Origin: Candidatus Sysuiplasma jiujiangense
Lineage (GTDB): Archaea; Thermoplasmatota; Thermoplasmata; Sysuiplasmatales; Sysuiplasmataceae
Direction of reading: 5' to 3'
Length of the DNA: 64,000 nucleotides
Assembly: GCA_019721075.1 (NCBI GenBank)
Contig: JAHEAD010000012.1
Span: 1-64,000 of the forward strand
Part shown: positions 10,288 to 20,389 of the stretch, piece after piece
How positions within the stretch are numbered: position 1 is the first letter of the stretch
How the letters are laid out: the number at the start of each line of letters is the position of its first letter
Notes under the pieces: generated by a model
What the model was told of the DNA's origin: nothing
The model's database searches: none
Seen by the model: only the letters and a program-made list of their open reading frames with translations
Program-made: the position numbers and the translations under genes

Positions 10288-11094
10288 GTGACGGCAAGAT
10301 TTGAGAAATACGGAGATGCTGATTACGGTCCCGTTCTGGTTGGCCTTACGATTGCGGCTGTTTTGCTGTTTTCATACTGGTATGCAACTGAATTTATAGG
10401 CTACAGCGGTGCGGGAAATGCAGACCTGCCATCGGTAATTTCAGCAGTCGTTGCATTGCTTTTCTGGATTTCCGTTTCACTGATTACCTTCCGGTACCTG
10501 TTCAACAACGTCCTGAGACGATTTGTTGCAATAGTCAGGGTTAAGAGATGGGCATTGTTCCTCTTCCCGGGTTACCTGATCATTCATCTCCTGATCTATG
10601 GGCTTGTTGTCGAAAACATACTTGTTCTGACATTTGGTTCTCCAGGTTTTTCAAACAGCAGCTTGGGCGGTTTCATTGTCCTCGGTAATGCATTTTTCCC
10701 CCATACACTCGCCAATGCGTTGCTGCAGATCGCTCTGAATCCGAGTCTTGCTGTGTACATACCGCCCTACTTCGGGCTGGACTGGGGTCCGTTTTCATTT
10801 TATTCTGCCATCGTGATAGGGATGCTGGTAACAGTGCACATCGAAAGACTGGGCAGATTGAGACAGCCGCTTAGGAGGGTTGGCGGTTCTGTAGTTTATC
10901 CTGCAGCAGGTGTTGTCGGCGGAGCCTCCTGCTGCATATCGCTGCCTGTGCTTCTTCTTACACTGAGCCCGCTTTCCTCTGCCACATTGCTTGTTCCGAT
11001 GTGGGTTGCGCTTGCTTACGCACTTTACTTCGTACTTCCAATATCTGTTATTGCACTTCTTTTCAGTGGACTCCGTCATCTGGGAAGAAGATAG
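10288..11094 (+). CDS. Hypothetical multi-pass membrane protein with a CC motif
   Basis: About 6 hydrophobic segments; GASCCISLP; at the edge of the oxidase cluster. Confidence 0.7.
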   Translation: MTARFEKYGDADYGPVLVGLTIAAVLLFSYWYATEFIGYSGAGNADLPSVISAVVALLFWISVSLITFRYLFNNVLRRFVAIVRVKRWALFLFPGYLIIHLLIYGLVVENILVLTFGSPGFSNSSLGGFIVLGNAFFPHTLANALLQIALNPSLAVYIPPYFGLDWGPFSFYSAIVIGMLVTVHIERLGRLRQPLRRVGGSVVYPAAGVVGGASCCISLPVLLLTLSPLSSATLLVPMWVALAYALYFVLPISVIALLFSGLRHLGRR

Positions 11095-11135
11095 AAGACA
11101 ATGCAGCCGACGAATGACAGTCCGCGAAGAATCCG

Positions 11136-11735
11136 ATGTGTGAACCGGACATGTATCTGGAGGAAAGAAGACCTACGAAATATGCTGCGAGAATAATTTC
11201 TGCCGTGTTACTGACAGTAGCATCTGTCAATCCGGAAACCGAAGCAATCGAGGGAACAAACGCGGTTGTTTTCATGTTTTCTCATTATGCACTGTTTGTT
11301 GCGGGTTTCCTGATTTCATTTCGAATTTTCAGAACAGTCAGGCATGCACTCATTGCAGGCATATTTCTCGCCGCAATCTGGCATCTTCCATTCCCCTTTG
11401 CACTTTCAGGAGCTTCGGATGAATACAGGATCATCGAGGAAATCACCATGTTTGCTGCCGGATTTCTTGTTGGTTCTTCGGTCGAACAACTTACATCCCT
11501 GTCAAAATCGGTGCTCTTTGCATTATGGATCGTAGGAGACAGCGCACTTTCAGTGATATTCATATTATTCCCGGAAATCTATTCGAGCAAAGACATCTCC
11601 ATTTCCCCGTTCCCGGCAGACCAGTTTATCATACTCGGCGTTCTGATGATATTTTTCATGAATTCAATTATCGCTATTGCCGTTTATGTGTACGTAAGGC
11701 AGTTTGGCAATTTGCTGCCCGATTTGGATGAATAA
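11136..11735 (+). CDS. DUF1404/CtaG-like membrane protein (putative oxidase copper-assembly factor)
   Basis: Hydrophobic; FMFSHY, WHLP and IIEE motifs; respiratory context. Start may be ATG 11151. Confidence 0.65.
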   Translation: MCEPDMYLEERRPTKYAARIISAVLLTVASVNPETEAIEGTNAVVFMFSHYALFVAGFLISFRIFRTVRHALIAGIFLAAIWHLPFPFALSGASDEYRIIEEITMFAAGFLVGSSVEQLTSLSKSVLFALWIVGDSALSVIFILFPEIYSSKDISISPFPADQFIILGVLMIFFMNSIIAIAVYVYVRQFGNLLPDLDE

Positions 11736-11820
11736 TTACTTTCGAAACTGGCCTGCAGATGCCTGTGTTTAGCCTGAAACAGATACATTTATAGTTTGCA
11801 GAGTTGCTCTCATCGCACAA

Positions 11821-12708
11821 ATGAATGAAGGCACTCCGGGAAACTCATTGATTAATGCGACACCTCTGCTCGATCATCTGCAGGATCTTGCAAAGAGGAT
11901 GAGACGCATAATCTTCACAATTCTTCTCTTCACCGCATTTTTCCTTTTCTTTGGCCCTTCAAGCATAGCAATAAAACCATTTGCTTTCGACATTCCCTTC
12001 CTGGGCAATTTCACAATAAGGAGATTGCCTGTAATCGTGCCCAGCTTCATAAATAGCTTTTCGACTGTGATGATCAGGTATTTCATTTATCACGAAATAC
12101 CAAAAGGAATGGTGGTGCTGAATGTCAACGTCTTTGATCCGATTCTTTCATCCATGCAGGTTTCGCTCCTTTTCAGCGTAATCGTTTCCATGCCTGTCAT
12201 TCTCATAGAACTTTGGAAATTTGTGTCACCCGCTCTTTACCAGAGCGAAAAGACGCACATCAAGTGGACTATTATTCCGGCGATACTGCTGTTTCTCGCC
12301 GGCGCATCTTTTGCTTATTTTGTAGTAATACCCGTTCTCCTTCTGGTTGTCAAACTGTATATTGTTTCCCTTGGCATACAGGAAACATTGAGTTTCAAAT
12401 CGGTAATCACAATAATTGTCGGATTCCTGTTTGCATTCGGGCTTTCGTTTGAATTGCCGGTGATAATGGTGACGCTGACAAAGTTTGGGTTTGTTGGGTC
12501 AAAATTCTGGCTTGAGAATTGGAGGATGGGCGTACTCGGCTCATTCATAATTGCTCTCATCATATCACCCGGCGTAACAGGCGGTCTGATTGAAACGATA
12601 ATCGGGCTTACACTTTCCGGACTGTACATTGCCGGTGCGCTGGTTGCCAGGAAGGTTGAAAACGCATCGGCTGAAAAGAAACAGTTCTTTTTTGATTCAC
12701 GTTCCTGA
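11821..12708 (+). CDS. tatC: Twin-arginine translocase subunit TatC
   Basis: PLLDHL-x-DL-x-KR, ELWKFVSPALY-x-x-EK, FGLSFELPV. Confidence 0.93.
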   Translation: MNEGTPGNSLINATPLLDHLQDLAKRMRRIIFTILLFTAFFLFFGPSSIAIKPFAFDIPFLGNFTIRRLPVIVPSFINSFSTVMIRYFIYHEIPKGMVVLNVNVFDPILSSMQVSLLFSVIVSMPVILIELWKFVSPALYQSEKTHIKWTIIPAILLFLAGASFAYFVVIPVLLLVVKLYIVSLGIQETLSFKSVITIIVGFLFAFGLSFELPVIMVTLTKFGFVGSKFWLENWRMGVLGSFIIALIISPGVTGGLIETIIGLTLSGLYIAGALVARKVENASAEKKQFFFDSRS

Positions 12709-12905
12709 ATAGACACAAATTGAAATCAATTCATTCAATTCATTGCATGGGATAGAGGAACGTGCTTAAGAGCCGATCCGATTCATTTATGTCCAGTTGA
12801 CTTCAATAATCGAAAACCTCAATGCAAAGTCCAAAAGGAGAATACATAAACTGGAACATGAAGAGTCTGCCGGATCTTCAGCAGCTTTTTAAACAGGTGA
12901 TAATT

Positions 12906-13091
12906 TTATTTAGTTTCCTTTTGAGTCTGGACTTCCTTTTCAAGCTCCTTCTGGATTTCCATCTGGCCACGTTTGAACTCGCCTGTGGCCTTGCCAATAG
13001 ACCTGAACAGTTCAGGTATCTTGTTTGCACCCCCAAAAAGGATCAATGCAACCACTATGATTATTGCCCAGTCCCAGACATTTCCTATCAA
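12906..13091 (-). CDS. tatA: Twin-arginine translocase subunit TatA
   Basis: LILFGG-x-x-KIPEL-x-RSIGKA-x-GEFKRG; TTG start after GGTGA. Confidence 0.92.
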   Translation of the reverse strand: MIGNVWDWAIIIVVALILFGGANKIPELFRSIGKATGEFKRGQMEIQKELEKEVQTQKETK

Positions 13092-13498
13092 TTGCTTCAC
13101 CGACACTTCAGGCTATGACCTTCTCAATGAAAGCACCTGTTTATAGACATTTCGCATTTCAATCCATTTCCTGTTCCTGTTTACTCTGCTTCATGATGAA
13201 TTACCGGAGTCATTTTCGCATCGTCAACGACCCGGTAGAAGCAACGATAAAAATCAGGAAACAGTTATTTCGGCTAGCAGGACACTTCATAAGGGAAGAG
13301 ATTGTGCTTCGCGTTTTGGTTTTCGGGTTGCCCTTCCGTAATTCTTATGACGACACTGGGAGTGGAGAGGAATTGAGATTTGCAATATTTTGAAAAGACA
13401 GCCCGATTTGGCGATGCTGCCGTATACGGATCATTTTTCAATTTTTCAATATGTCTAAAAATGTATATAGTAAATGAGAAAATTAGGAGGCGGTAAAA

Positions 13499-14830
13499 AT
13501 GCCGAAATCTCAGGAGAAGGGAGTAAAGGTAACCCGCCGGGACATTTATGAAGTAAGGCTAGGTGACAGAGATCCCATTCAGCTTTCAGAAGATGAAGCC
13601 GGCGAACTGTACAGGCAGTTGCATTCCACATTCTCTGCCGGAGAAACAGCAGGGACGGCTCTACCGCAGGATGAAGCCCTTGAAGTGTCAGGATCTGAAA
13701 CTGCGGCAGCTGCCGCGGCAGTTTCCTCCGCGGAGGGAGACGAAAGTGCCCGGATCAAAAAGCCAAAGATGATTAATCCCGCGAAAAGGCACAGGCAGAC
13801 CGTTCTGATGGCCGGCATCGTTATTATCGTTCTGGGACTGGCATTTGCTTCATACGATTTCGCAACCCTCCATCCGTCAAAACCGGGACAAAAACTGCCA
13901 CCGCCCAGCCCTTACGTTCACCTTTACGTCCAGGCAGGCGTCGGCGGAGGTTTGAATTTTAACGGAACATCACCGGGTCCGACACTCAAAGCACCGCTCA
14001 ATGATTGGGTGTGGCTCACATTTTCTGTCGCCAGCGATGCTGGCGTCCAGCACTCATGGGTACTGGTCCAGTCCAACGTTGCAAAGGTCAGTGCGCCGGA
14101 TTATACACCTGTATTCGCGAATGCATCAACACCAAATCCGACTGCCGGAAGTCCGATTGGAGCCACTGTGAATGTTGTCTTCAAGGCAACAACGGCCGGT
14201 GACTATATGTATATCTGCGAAGTGCCCGGGCACTTCGAGGCAGGGATGTACGGCTCATTCATAGTGGGAAATTCGACCAATGTTACTAAATCCTCCCTGA
14301 CCAAGAGCTTTTCAATTGTTGCAGGATCCGGAGGGACTCACACCTTCAACGGAACTGTTCCCGGTCCGTCCATGACAGTGACAAATGGCACAAAGGTGAG
14401 CATTGCATTTACCGTATCCAACAAGTCCACAGCTAACCATTCATGGATTCTGGTTCCCGGAAACGTTACAAATTCGACAACGCTGAACTATACACCTGTT
14501 TTCACCAATGCCTCATCGCCAAATCCGACAACCGGAACGGCCCCAAATGAGACAGTCTGGATTAACTTTACTGCCAATCGCACTGGTGATTATAAGTACA
14601 TATCAGAGGTGAACAGTGATTACAAAGACGGCATGTGGGGCTGGTTCAACGTTACTGCAAGCAATTCATCGGCCGCCGTTTCAGCATACCATACGCCTCT
14701 TCAGAAATTTTCATCCGGGCAGAGTAATCGGGACTTCGGGAAAGCCACAGATTACGCTATGCCGTCAGAGATGAACTACATGCGGGCAGTCGATTTCAGG
14801 ACGGCCACATCGGCATCCCGCTCACCGTAG
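13499..14830 (+). CDS. Membrane-anchored two-domain sulfocyanin/rusticyanin-like blue copper protein
   Basis: Single TM helix, two FNGT-x-PGP...HSW repeats; domain 1 has YICEVPGHFEAGM (type-1 Cu ligands). Confidence 0.85.
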   Translation: MPKSQEKGVKVTRRDIYEVRLGDRDPIQLSEDEAGELYRQLHSTFSAGETAGTALPQDEALEVSGSETAAAAAAVSSAEGDESARIKKPKMINPAKRHRQTVLMAGIVIIVLGLAFASYDFATLHPSKPGQKLPPPSPYVHLYVQAGVGGGLNFNGTSPGPTLKAPLNDWVWLTFSVASDAGVQHSWVLVQSNVAKVSAPDYTPVFANASTPNPTAGSPIGATVNVVFKATTAGDYMYICEVPGHFEAGMYGSFIVGNSTNVTKSSLTKSFSIVAGSGGTHTFNGTVPGPSMTVTNGTKVSIAFTVSNKSTANHSWILVPGNVTNSTTLNYTPVFTNASSPNPTTGTAPNETVWINFTANRTGDYKYISEVNSDYKDGMWGWFNVTASNSSAAVSAYHTPLQKFSSGQSNRDFGKATDYAMPSEMNYMRAVDFRTATSASRSP

Positions 14831-15101
14831 TTTGGAACGGAGCCGGGGAAGCAGGGATGCGATTATGGGCCGGCAAAACAATTACACCCGCATTTTCCGG
14901 AAGCACGCCATTTGAAGCAAATTCCTTATTTCAGTATCATAGAATAGATTCCGAGTTCTGCAAGAAGCACAGAAGCAAATGTTGTCATCAGATTACCGCC
15001 GGCAATAGATACGATTGTTCCAATAACACCTACAGAAGCCATCACATAGCCGGATGATTTTTGCTTTTTATCCATGGCCTGGTCCATCCGGACAATATCT
15101 A

Positions 15102-15113
15102 AATTACGTAATT
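15102..15113. promoter_or_regulatory. Perfect 12-bp palindrome AATTACGTAATT, possible operator
   Basis: Palindrome abutting a TTATAG TATA-like element about 90 bp upstream of the Fe-S membrane protein gene. Confidence 0.3.
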
Positions 15114-15201
15114 ATAGTTTAGCAGTGATTTCAGTTTTGCAATTGCCGAATATCTGGTATAAATCGCCAAACTTATCTAATAACAGCTGCTCAGATATTG
15201 C

Positions 15202-17316
15202 GTGTATGAGCTCATTTTGATCCCTGTATCGGCTGTTATGGTTTACATAATAGCTGCCCTGATTAGATGGGCCTCAAATGTCAGGGAAAGAACAGGCTAT
15301 TCTCTCGTTCTCTTCCTATTTTCCATGATGGCCGGAATGCTGGGAGGAGCGGCGATTTATTTCTACAAACCTGATCTTTCAACCCTCGAAGTTGCCGCTG
15401 TCCTTAATTTTATCCTCATGCCCGTGGGTATCATGGCAATTCTTTTTGCATTTTTGACAAAGGGAAATGAGAAGAGGACAACACCCCCGCAGGCTGGTTT
15501 CACTGGTAATGCCATGGCCAATATCAGGACTTCGTATTCTGGAATTTTTGTCTGGTCTGTAATAGGCCTTGCGCTCCTGAACGAAGTACTGATGGGGCTC
15601 TCATTTTCAATAATATCCGGCTCAATAGTAATGCGAACTGCAGGCGCCCCAATACAGGCAACAACGCTAATCGGTGAAACGCTCAATTCTTACTGGTTTA
15701 CGCTTACAATGGGAGCAGAGATGCTTCTTACCACCTATTACTTCAGAAAGAGGATTAAGCATGAACTCAGGAACATACTGCTTTTCCAGGGAATAATAAT
15801 GTTGCTCTCTCCGCCTGCACTTTTTTCACTTGGTCTTACGCCGTTTTCCATCTATGCAGGCAGCCTGGCGATGATAACTCTGATCATTTACTTCTTCGAC
15901 TATTTCTACAAGAACCGGTCGATGAACAGACCAGTTTCTAATTATATAATACTGCTCCTGCTGCTCTATTCATTTATGATGGCTTCACTCTTTTACTGGA
16001 GATCCGGAGGAAGCGACATTTTATTCGGACTGTCCCTCGTCTTTGAAATGATAATATTCTTTGAAGCCATAATTGAACACAGGAAGTTCAACGTTGCTGA
16101 CAGGAGGAACTGGGTGGATGAGCCATGGTGGACGCTTCTGCTCCTTGCGCTTGTCTTCGTCTCGGAATACTTCATGGGTGCACTTCTGGACATTCAGTTT
16201 TACGGCATTTCGTTCCTGAACAGTGTTAAGCTGGCCGCTCTGAGCGGATCACCCGCGGCAGTTATCGGCGGAGCAATTTACAATTTCATCCGTTATTTTT
16301 CACTTATAACAAATTCGTCGTGGTTCTACATAATGATGGGAGCAGAAATGGGAACGCTCGTTGTAATGCAGATTGGGAAAGTCAGGCAACTGGAAACAAA
16401 GGTAAGACTCTCGCTGATCATTGTAGCATATGCGCTTTACACTGTTTTCTTCCCCTATTTTTTTCTGTCTCCTTCAGACCTTCCCAGAACCGCGTTTCTG
16501 GGTTGGAATATGGGGCTTGGAACCACGGGCCCTCTTGCACCCGCCTTTCTGATAGCGGTTGGCCTTACCTACCTGATAAGCGGCATACTTGCATTCCTCT
16601 TCGGCGGAAGGCAGGTGTGCTCGATGTTCTGCTCGGCGGCCCTGATGTATCAGGGCACTTTCTATGACAGTTCGAAAGCGTTCAACAGAAAGTCTTCACT
16701 GTCGAGAAAGTTGCACAGGAACAGGCTCTCCAAAACATATGTTGTAGTTGCATCGCTTGTCTGGGCAACTATGCTTTCGTCAGCGGCACTATCCTACCTG
16801 GATGCTGTCAGGTTGACAAACATCACGATTTTCGGCGAAGACCCACTCATGTTTGCCTATTCCTTCTACCTCAATTTTCTGTGGTACATAGTATTCATAA
16901 CAATACCGTTCGTGGGGACATACGGCTGTGTCTCGACTGGTTTCTGTTCATGGGGAATGTTCAACCAGTTCGTAGGCCGCATCGGCTTATGGCGTCTCAA
17001 AGTACGCGATCCGTACGAATGCGTAAAGTGCAAAACAAAGGACTGCGCCAACGCATGCCCGGTGGGGCTTACAACAATGCCTGGCAGTTTCATAAAAGGA
17101 GGGGAGTTCAGGAACTACAAGTGCATAGGTGTGGGAGACTGCGCCAACGCATGCCCGGTGGACAACATATTCTTTTATGATGTAAGGCACTGGTTTAAGG
17201 AGAGAGTTGCGAAGAAGGGTATGGAAGGGAGGCAATTCATCCCCGCGGAAGCACTTGGCAAATCTGTCGAAGACGGCAAAAAGGGCAGTTCTGATTTTAC
17301 TGCCGGACTGAAATGA
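15202..17316 (+). CDS. Large polytopic membrane protein with C-terminal Fe-S ferredoxin domain (NapH/CcoG/FoxG-like)
   Basis: Many TM segments; CSMFC, CVSTGFC, CxxCx4CxxxCP and CIGVGDCxxxCP motifs. Confidence 0.82.
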   Translation: MYELILIPVSAVMVYIIAALIRWASNVRERTGYSLVLFLFSMMAGMLGGAAIYFYKPDLSTLEVAAVLNFILMPVGIMAILFAFLTKGNEKRTTPPQAGFTGNAMANIRTSYSGIFVWSVIGLALLNEVLMGLSFSIISGSIVMRTAGAPIQATTLIGETLNSYWFTLTMGAEMLLTTYYFRKRIKHELRNILLFQGIIMLLSPPALFSLGLTPFSIYAGSLAMITLIIYFFDYFYKNRSMNRPVSNYIILLLLLYSFMMASLFYWRSGGSDILFGLSLVFEMIIFFEAIIEHRKFNVADRRNWVDEPWWTLLLLALVFVSEYFMGALLDIQFYGISFLNSVKLAALSGSPAAVIGGAIYNFIRYFSLITNSSWFYIMMGAEMGTLVVMQIGKVRQLETKVRLSLIIVAYALYTVFFPYFFLSPSDLPRTAFLGWNMGLGTTGPLAPAFLIAVGLTYLISGILAFLFGGRQVCSMFCSAALMYQGTFYDSSKAFNRKSSLSRKLHRNRLSKTYVVVASLVWATMLSSAALSYLDAVRLTNITIFGEDPLMFAYSFYLNFLWYIVFITIPFVGTYGCVSTGFCSWGMFNQFVGRIGLWRLKVRDPYECVKCKTKDCANACPVGLTTMPGSFIKGGEFRNYKCIGVGDCANACPVDNIFFYDVRHWFKERVAKKGMEGRQFIPAEALGKSVEDGKKGSSDFTAGLK

Positions 17317-17449
17317 TGCGGAACACTACAGCCCTTGTAAAGTTTTCAGGCTCTGCCGATGGATAGAGCATGTGCAACAAACGAAACTTCAACCGGCGTT
17401 TTGCAAAAATAAATATAAAGAGTGCTGATACATTGGGAGCAGATTAAGT

Positions 17450-18373
17450 ATGACAGGTGAATTTGTTCGAAAAATTGCACCGATGACTCTTGCTGATTTT
17501 TACTACCTGCGAAAAACTTCAGGAGCAATGAAGAATCCCAGAACAAGGTTCAGCGATGAACTCTTTGTCAGCGAAGGTGAGGAGTACCTCTTCAGATATC
17601 TGACAAAAAACGTCGGCAATGTTGATGAGTCCAGGCGCAAATTTATCAAGGGAATGATGTGGGGAATAGGAGCCATTGCAGCAGGCAGCGTGCTCGACGC
17701 TGTACGCGGTCTCCAGATCCCGCTTATAGGTGCAAAGTCCTTTGCAAAAATGCAGCTTGTCGACACTGCCGGGAATCCGATAAAGGCATCGGCCATCCCC
17801 GTGAATGAACCTGTCATCACCCTCTATGAATATCCTCTGGAGAATGAAATAAATTTTGTCCTGAATCTGGGAGATTCGAACAACAATCCTGTTGCCATTG
17901 CGGCAACAGATGTGAAAATCCCGCTCACCGGTGCGACATACAAATTCCCGGGGGGAGTAGGTCCGAAGGGTTCTGTGGTTTCCTACAGCGCAATATGCCA
18001 GCACCTTGGCTGCGAACCGCCTGAAATTCATCTTTATCCCCCTGAATACATGAACAGCAATATGGCTCCACCTGCCTTCCTGCCGCCGGCGGCCCTTCAG
18101 GCTGCAAAGGCGGCCAATCTTCCCGCCGTGATACATTGCGACTGTCATGGTTCTACATACGATCCGTATCATGGGGCATCGGTGGTGACAGGACCTACAC
18201 AGAGGCCATTGCCTGCAATGGTCCTTGAATGGGATTCCTCTACCGACTACCTTTACGTAAGCGATGCAGTAGGTGTCCCGGTTTATGGCCACGTGAGCAC
18301 GCTTGTCGGCGGTGAACCCGTATCCGGCACATCAACACAGGTTTCGACTACAGTAAATCCGTTTCCGGCCTGA
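17450..18373 (+). CDS. Rieske [2Fe-2S] protein (SoxL/SoxF-like)
   Basis: CQHLGC and CDCHGSTY boxes; twin-arginine SRRKFIK before the TM helix. Confidence 0.93.
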   Translation: MTGEFVRKIAPMTLADFYYLRKTSGAMKNPRTRFSDELFVSEGEEYLFRYLTKNVGNVDESRRKFIKGMMWGIGAIAAGSVLDAVRGLQIPLIGAKSFAKMQLVDTAGNPIKASAIPVNEPVITLYEYPLENEINFVLNLGDSNNNPVAIAATDVKIPLTGATYKFPGGVGPKGSVVSYSAICQHLGCEPPEIHLYPPEYMNSNMAPPAFLPPAALQAAKAANLPAVIHCDCHGSTYDPYHGASVVTGPTQRPLPAMVLEWDSSTDYLYVSDAVGVPVYGHVSTLVGGEPVSGTSTQVSTTVNPFPA

Positions 18374-18383
18374 GTGGAATCTT

Positions 18384-20186
18384 ATGGAACTGATGGATAA
18401 AATTTCGGAGAAGATCAAGGAGATTTCATCTAGGTTCTCGATGAAGTCAATTATCGACATAAATGAGCAGCCATTATTCAGAATGCCCAACTACATGTTT
18501 CGCCTGAAGTACTGGCTTGGAGCCATGGTTGGTGCCGCACTGATTTATGAAGTGATAAGCGGTCTTTTCCTTCTGCTGAATTATTACCCGTCCGATCCCT
18601 ACAACCAGACAATATACATGATTTACCACATACCGTTCGGCGCTGCAATACTGTTTTCCCATCTCTATGGCGCATATGTAATGATTTTTCTCATCTACAT
18701 ACACATGTTTCGTAACTATTTTGACGGTGCATACAAGAAACCGAGGCAATTTCAGTGGGTTATCGGGATCATACTTTTTGCACTAACGCTTGCCACCGCA
18801 TTCACAGGCTATTCACTGCCGGCCGACATACTCGGCATTGATGCGGACGACGTGGCGAGGGGAATTCTGGGATCCCTGCCTAGTGGTACAGCCCTTTCTT
18901 TCATCATATTCGGAAACGGACTTCCGATAAGCCAGTACACAAGGCTGCTTGGTTTCCACGTAATACTGACGGCCCTGATAGGCGCATTCTTTGCCATACA
19001 CTTCATGCTCTTTGAGCAGAATGGAGTGATGCCTTCAGAAAAGGTCAAGGGAACCGTACCCGCAATTTATCCAAAAAAGGTATGGGAAAAATTCAATCCC
19101 TGGTGGCCAAGAAACTTTGTCTATACGCTTGCAGTAACGATGATGGTATGGGGGATTATCCTGCTCATACCAAATCTGCTGGCGAATGTCAACGGGGTTC
19201 CATTTTTATTCCAGCCTGCGCCTGCACCGCCTCCGTCAAGTCCTTCAGCTGCACAAATACCTGCTTACCCTCCATGGTTCTTTCTCTTCCTCTACAAGGT
19301 GCTTGATTTCAGCACACCGACAGGCGCATCATACAATCCTGCGGTGGCATCATTGCTTGCCGGACTGGTTCCAGCCCTTTTCCTCCTGGCACTGCCATGG
19401 TTGGACAGGTCTCGAGAAACGGCACCCCATAAAAGACCGTTGTGGATCGGCATAGGCATACTGCTCATAACATACCTGGTGCAGCTCAGCGTCTGGGCAT
19501 ATACAGCAGCAGGTGTCAGGGAGCCGTTTTCCACCCAGGTGGGCATCATGCTGCCTCCTCTGGTAATTGCCTTCGTTTCCATATACGGTATTCCGAAATT
19601 GCTCATGCTCGATCGCAGGAAACTGGAACTTACACCAAAAACTGCGGGACTGCTCATTGTGGTCGGCCTTACTCTCATCGGTACAATCGGTGCTGCTTTG
19701 TCCCAGCCTTCTGTTTACGCGCTTGGAATAATCATACCGATAGGACTCACTTTTATACTGTTTGCAAAGAGGGTTCTTGCCGAAAGACCCGACAGGGCAG
19801 TTGTCGTCAAGAGCGACGAAAGGAGAATGAACCCGAATGTCGCAATGGCCATAATGTTCATATTGTTTGTAATTGCGGCAGGAATTGTTTACTTCATGAG
19901 TTTCTTCCCGATCACCGGCTACGGAAGCACCTTCTGGGGAATGGGTACGGGCGTCATACTGCTCATTTTCAGTTATGCGCTTATCCTCTGGGATTATGTG
20001 GCTTACCCGCAGGAAGAGGACGAAATACCCCTTTCCATACTGCTGCGGGAAGCTGATGCTATTCATGATGCGAAGACTACAAGGACTGCTCCGTCGGTAC
20101 GAAACCCTTCCATTTCTGTTTCGGTAAATACAACAGCAGGAGATAGGAGCTCAGCACCCAAGAAACTGGAGAACCCGGACAACTGA
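18384..20186 (+). CDS. Cytochrome b of a Rieske/cyt b complex (SoxN/SoxC-like, C-terminally extended)
   Basis: Four haem-ligating His (SHLYG...IHMF; GFHV...AIHF), YKKPR, FTGYSLP, Qo-site variant PPWF. Confidence 0.93.
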   Translation: MELMDKISEKIKEISSRFSMKSIIDINEQPLFRMPNYMFRLKYWLGAMVGAALIYEVISGLFLLLNYYPSDPYNQTIYMIYHIPFGAAILFSHLYGAYVMIFLIYIHMFRNYFDGAYKKPRQFQWVIGIILFALTLATAFTGYSLPADILGIDADDVARGILGSLPSGTALSFIIFGNGLPISQYTRLLGFHVILTALIGAFFAIHFMLFEQNGVMPSEKVKGTVPAIYPKKVWEKFNPWWPRNFVYTLAVTMMVWGIILLIPNLLANVNGVPFLFQPAPAPPPSSPSAAQIPAYPPWFFLFLYKVLDFSTPTGASYNPAVASLLAGLVPALFLLALPWLDRSRETAPHKRPLWIGIGILLITYLVQLSVWAYTAAGVREPFSTQVGIMLPPLVIAFVSIYGIPKLLMLDRRKLELTPKTAGLLIVVGLTLIGTIGAALSQPSVYALGIIIPIGLTFILFAKRVLAERPDRAVVVKSDERRMNPNVAMAIMFILFVIAAGIVYFMSFFPITGYGSTFWGMGTGVILLIFSYALILWDYVAYPQEEDEIPLSILLREADAIHDAKTTRTAPSVRNPSISVSVNTTAGDRSSAPKKLENPDN

Positions 20187-20389
20187 AAGTGGTTATGATT
20201 GTGTTTCCGGCCTGATTGTTTTCCTTGAAATGATCACATGCAATGAAGTAAACTGTGCATTGCAGACTAACCGGATCCTCTGTCGAAATTCACAAGGTAT
20301 TTATGTTAAAGTTTGTTAGTCGTGCAGCAAAGACGGGTGGGCATATCGCGCCTGTCTGAATTAACAGCGCCGGAAGGGAGATCGGTAAT

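Noticed and set aside
20303..20312. ATGTTAAAGT shared with 40136-40145 as a common regulon motif
   Set aside because: An AT-rich 10-mer in opposite orientation relative to the genes; compatible with chance.
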